A stretch of DNA of 64,000 bases, taken from contig NMRA01000862.1 of NCBI GenBank assembly GCA_002633005.1, positions 52,895-116,894 of the forward strand, read 5' to 3'. Shown one piece after another: positions 60,387 to 64,000 of this stretch. The stretch comes from Phoronis australis. Its lineage: Eukaryota; Animalia; Phoronida. Below the pieces are notes generated by a model, which was not told where the DNA came from, did no database searches, and was given only the letters and a program-made list of their open reading frames with translations. The number at the start of each line of letters is the position of its first letter. Positions within the stretch are counted from its first letter, which is position 1. Position numbers and translations under genes: made by a program.

Positions 60387-61533
60387 GTCACATGCATAAA
60401 TCCTCGACATCCAACTTCTATGGGAAGACAGAAGCATTTCCATCCATTCGCTGCACACTCCTACGATAACTCTGCATACTTGAGTAGATTCCTTTCGTGA
60501 GCCTTTCTGCACTCTAGTCTCCCACGGCACTGTTATCTTTATCAAAATCACTATCTTCTTACTTCCTGATCACAATACTATGACTGGTCTTAACTGAGTG
60601 GCTGCAATATGGCTCGGGAATGTACCCCTAGTGACCACATTCACCATTATCTTCCAGTTGGCAGCCATGTCTAGCACAGTCACCCGGATCGCTCTCCTTA
60701 GTGGGTATTCCGCCCTTGTAAAATTGGATGAATGCCTTGCCAGAGTTAGTCACCTTCATTCTCTCCAGATCTAAAACATGTGCAATACACTTAAGTATCT
60801 TTTCATGGCGCCAGGTGTACTTTCATGTAGTGAGTGCTTCTCTGCAGCTGGATACAACGTGTTCTAAGGTACACCGCTTGCCACAGCTTCTGCAGCGGTC
60901 ATCCTCAGTTTTTCCCTACATTCGAAGATTGACAGGAGTTGGGAGAGTGTCATATATGGAGCCAAGTACAAAACCCAACTTGAACTGATCTGAAGACAGA
61001 AGATCTTCACCAGTTATCCTTCTGCTGCACACTCCTTCCCATGATGTCCATGCACCCTGTTTCCTCAGTCCGACTGCTTCAGTATATCTTCTCTCATTCT
61101 CCTGAGATCTCACTTCGTCCAGAACCATTTTGCGCCTCTCTTTGCCATTTGGCGACATCCACCTCTTCCCTGGAACCATTGCCAACCCCTGTCTTCCTTG
61201 GCTGACGGTGCCCACGATGTCTTTATACCTTAACCTGCTCTCGGCATCCTCCACTGCCACAGCAGCCTTCCACTTTATTCCAGAGTCTACCGATAATTCG
61301 CTTTCTCTGATCATCTCATCTCTTGATTTCCACAGAGCCAATAATGTTCTGCCCTTTACTACCTTGAACTCTTCCTTAGTCGATGTCACCGGTAGAGAAA
61401 CAGCACCTCCTTTGATGTATAACCCGAGTCTTGCAAAGCTTGGCGGGACACCTAACCACTTCCTTAACCATCTGCTCACTATCCTTTCCATTTTCTCTGC
61501 ATATGAAATTGAAAAATCATACATTGTCAGTGG
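60387..61533 (-). mobile_element. HERO-clade (RLE-type) non-LTR retrotransposon, post-RT and endonuclease region, decayed
   Basis: PLTMYDF..SRWLRKWLGVPPSF..GLY..LPVTS..EEFKV..AESRLRYKDIVG..KQGAWTSWE..SIYDTLPTPVNL, then a CCHC-like region (CRSCGKRCTLEHVVSSC), RHEKIL, LRPVIVL, KITVPWE and PIEVGCRGF. Confidence 0.9.
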
Positions 61534-62350
61534 TTACAATACTACTAATAGAATACCATTCATAACTATGTTCAATCCATGTTTAAACGGAATTAGCCAC
61601 GTCTTCAAAAAAACATCTTTCTACGCTGCATATTTCCCCTCAAATGAAAAACCTATTTCCTCATCCACCTATAATTTCTTGAAGAAAATGTAAAAATTTA
61701 AAAAATTATTTAGTTAAAGCTAATATCGACAAATTACACCAAACTGACAAACCTATTGGCAACACACAATTTAACAAAACTAGGTGTAAAATGTGTAATT
61801 TCATCAACGATAGCACTTTTTTCCAGTCTTCCCAAACCAATGAAAACTTTGAAATAAAACATTATTCTGATTGCACCACCAACAATATTATTTACCTTAT
61901 AACTTGTAAAAAATGTTCTATCCAATACGTAGGACAAACTCAACATAATCTACAAACTCGGTTTCGTAATCATAGATTGAACATAATACTTAAACACATT
62001 TCTGATACTTTAGGTAATCATTTCAATTCCAAAAAACATAATATTCAAGATCTTTCTCTACAAATAATAGAAAAATTCCAACACCCAAGTACCCCTCACA
62101 GACTTAAAAGAGAACAATATTGGATAGACAAACTTAATACAATAGAACCTCATGGATTGAACATAAAAACTTCTTAAAATATGTCATTGAATTTTTTACG
62201 CAAAAATGTATCATTTTCATTACACCATATCTTATATGTCAATTGTCATTTTGTGTTTGATTTTACTTTATTTCTGTTTTTGTTGATAAAGGAAGTTGTT
62301 ACCTCCACAGTTGATCCATTCTTGTTGTTTTATTTACCGATTTATATTCT
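61534..62350 (+). mobile_element. Penelope-like element 3' fragment (GIY-YIG endonuclease), same family as 25550-26318
   Basis: [66 protein letters not shown]. The 3' tail is nearly identical to 26009-26240. Confidence 0.92.
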
Positions 62351-63899
62351 TTTAGTTGGGATGGTATATAAATATTTCTCCGAGTGACTTTGATTCCTGG
62401 TTGGGTTTCACTTTTCTAGGGAAGAGGGAAATGTTTTAATACTCAAAATCATTAACCATTGACCTTGTTCTGTGATTCATCTGTATGTCACCTTCATAAA
62501 TTCACCGGCAAGCATTGTGTAAGTCAAGTCAGGACTGTGGCTGTTTCTGGTTCATTAGGCTCTCTGCAGTACATATTGGTCGGATACTGTAAGTACTCTC
62601 CATGAACCTGAGTATTTACAAAACTGCTTCTCCTACACTAGAATCGCGTTAGCTGCTCGCCATTGGCAAATTCTGAGCGGGACTTGCGATGGTAAAGGTA
62701 AGTCTATTAACTTGGCGAATGCTGCTAAAATAAATTGCACCGCAAATGACATTCTCACTTCGATTCCGAGTCCTCAAAATAGCAAGCAAATATTTCATTT
62801 CATGCCCGTCACTTCCCTTGAACTCACTCTTTTACCGCAATGAAATGTTCAATTGTGTAGGCCGGGTCTGTGCTCTTGGTAATGGTGATTTCTCGCTTCA
62901 TAAGAGATCTCGTGTAGGTGCTACCGCTTGTCGTCTGCATGTGAGATGTCAAAGCAATGGATAGAAGACTATTTCGGCGGTAAACGCGTCGCAGACTCTC
63001 AATAACTTTTCACACAAGTGACATTTAGAGAGCTGACGAGGTATGACATTTTGATTTAAAAACAGATCACAAACTTGATCTTCGTGGTGCCATCTGTGGC
63101 TTTTACTTCTCAAAAGGAAAACACAACAAATGATGCGCTGAAAAATTGCATATTTTAGTGATGAAGGCAGGGAGATTTAACACCAAGTGAAAATATTAAA
63201 TTCAAACCTTGAGTTCATATTTCACGTTTGAGACAGCTCAACTCAGTTCAGCCTTATTCTCCGAGTAGTTAATTCTCGTCAGACTGGCTCATACCACGTC
63301 GCAAGCATAAAGTTATTGAGAGACTTTATCAAGTTTGCATTTCGGCGGCGGCCGAAAGAAATCAAGGTAAATTTTGTTACTTAATAAGTTTTATATTCAC
63401 CACACTGCATGATTTAGCTTTATATTGCAAGCCACAAATTATGTTAATGTTTTTGAACCTACATAGCTTGCTCACAAAATGCCCACGTGGCCGGCGCGCC
63501 CCCACTGAAACCCGGGGATGGAGGGAGTCCCTGCACAATTTTTTAAGTGAAGATCAATGAAATGATCATGTAGCCGCCGTAATCCCGGGATAGGGGTGAG
63601 CCCCTACCCAAATTTTTAATGTCAACCTCAATGAAATGCCCGTGAAGCGGAAAAAAGACTGTAAAAGGCGAGTTGTTTTCTAAAGGCACTTTTCCATTGG
63701 AGCAACTTGGGTTTAATGAAGCTTCCCCAGAACTTTGCTTACCTTTCCCATTAGACAGTGATATCGAAGAAGACACCAGACAACGCAGTTCATTCGTACT
63801 CTCAAATGAACATTAAGAAGTGGCTTTGTGGCTAACTAAAAATTGTTCCCGTCATTAACGAGTGTGTATGAAAATAATCAGAGTCGTTCTTCTTCTTTT

Positions 63900-64000
63900 C
63901 AAAATTCTAATATTGTTCTCTAAACGGATGACACAACAATACTGTCTGCAGGCAAAACCTCATCTGAAATCCAGGCCAATCTCAACTCTGGTTTAACAAT
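63900..64000 (+). mobile_element. CR1/L2-group LINE reverse transcriptase fragment
   Basis: NSNIVL*TDDTTILSAGKTSSEIQANLNSGLT, a decayed LYADDT motif plus the downstream helix; it runs off the end of the window. Confidence 0.6.

Noticed and set aside
61130-61693. 187-aa + strand ORF
   Set aside because: It is the antisense shadow of the HERO ORF running into the start of the Penelope fragment.
62350-62650. Possible upstream HERO RT remnant (LDLHNA, IPT) on the minus strand
   Set aside because: The motifs are too degenerate. It is plausible but not supportable by eye.

Overview
Animal (probably marine invertebrate) genomic DNA, AT-rich and dense with transposons. The only host gene I can see is an internal part of a large + strand gene for an extracellular modular protein. 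It has 15 symmetric phase-1 exons (3351-56189, about 883 codons): nine divergent Sushi/CCP domains followed by six calcium-binding EGF domains. Four of the EGF exons come from a recent ~1.2 kb tandem amplification that also copied a dead half-exon. Neither the start nor the stop codon lies in the window. The introns and flanks hold many decayed mobile elements: a YqaJ exonuclease remnant, THAP/Kolobok-like pieces, a Gmr1-like Gypsy, a Polinton/Maverick polB, Penelope-like elements with a variant hammerhead ribozyme, a Tc1/mariner-type element with a nested Helentron-like element, a hAT with a 5-bp TSD, and Tx1, HERO and CR1/L2 LINE fragments. A 3.2-kb element with perfect 30-bp TIRs and a 7-bp TSD splits the HERO LINE. 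The most striking window-wide signal is a strong excess of the palindrome TACATGTA (26 copies by manual count, about 2 expected). Two paralog comparisons show it arising by an exact CATGTA insertion at a TA. All family assignments come from motif recognition by eye; no searches were run.
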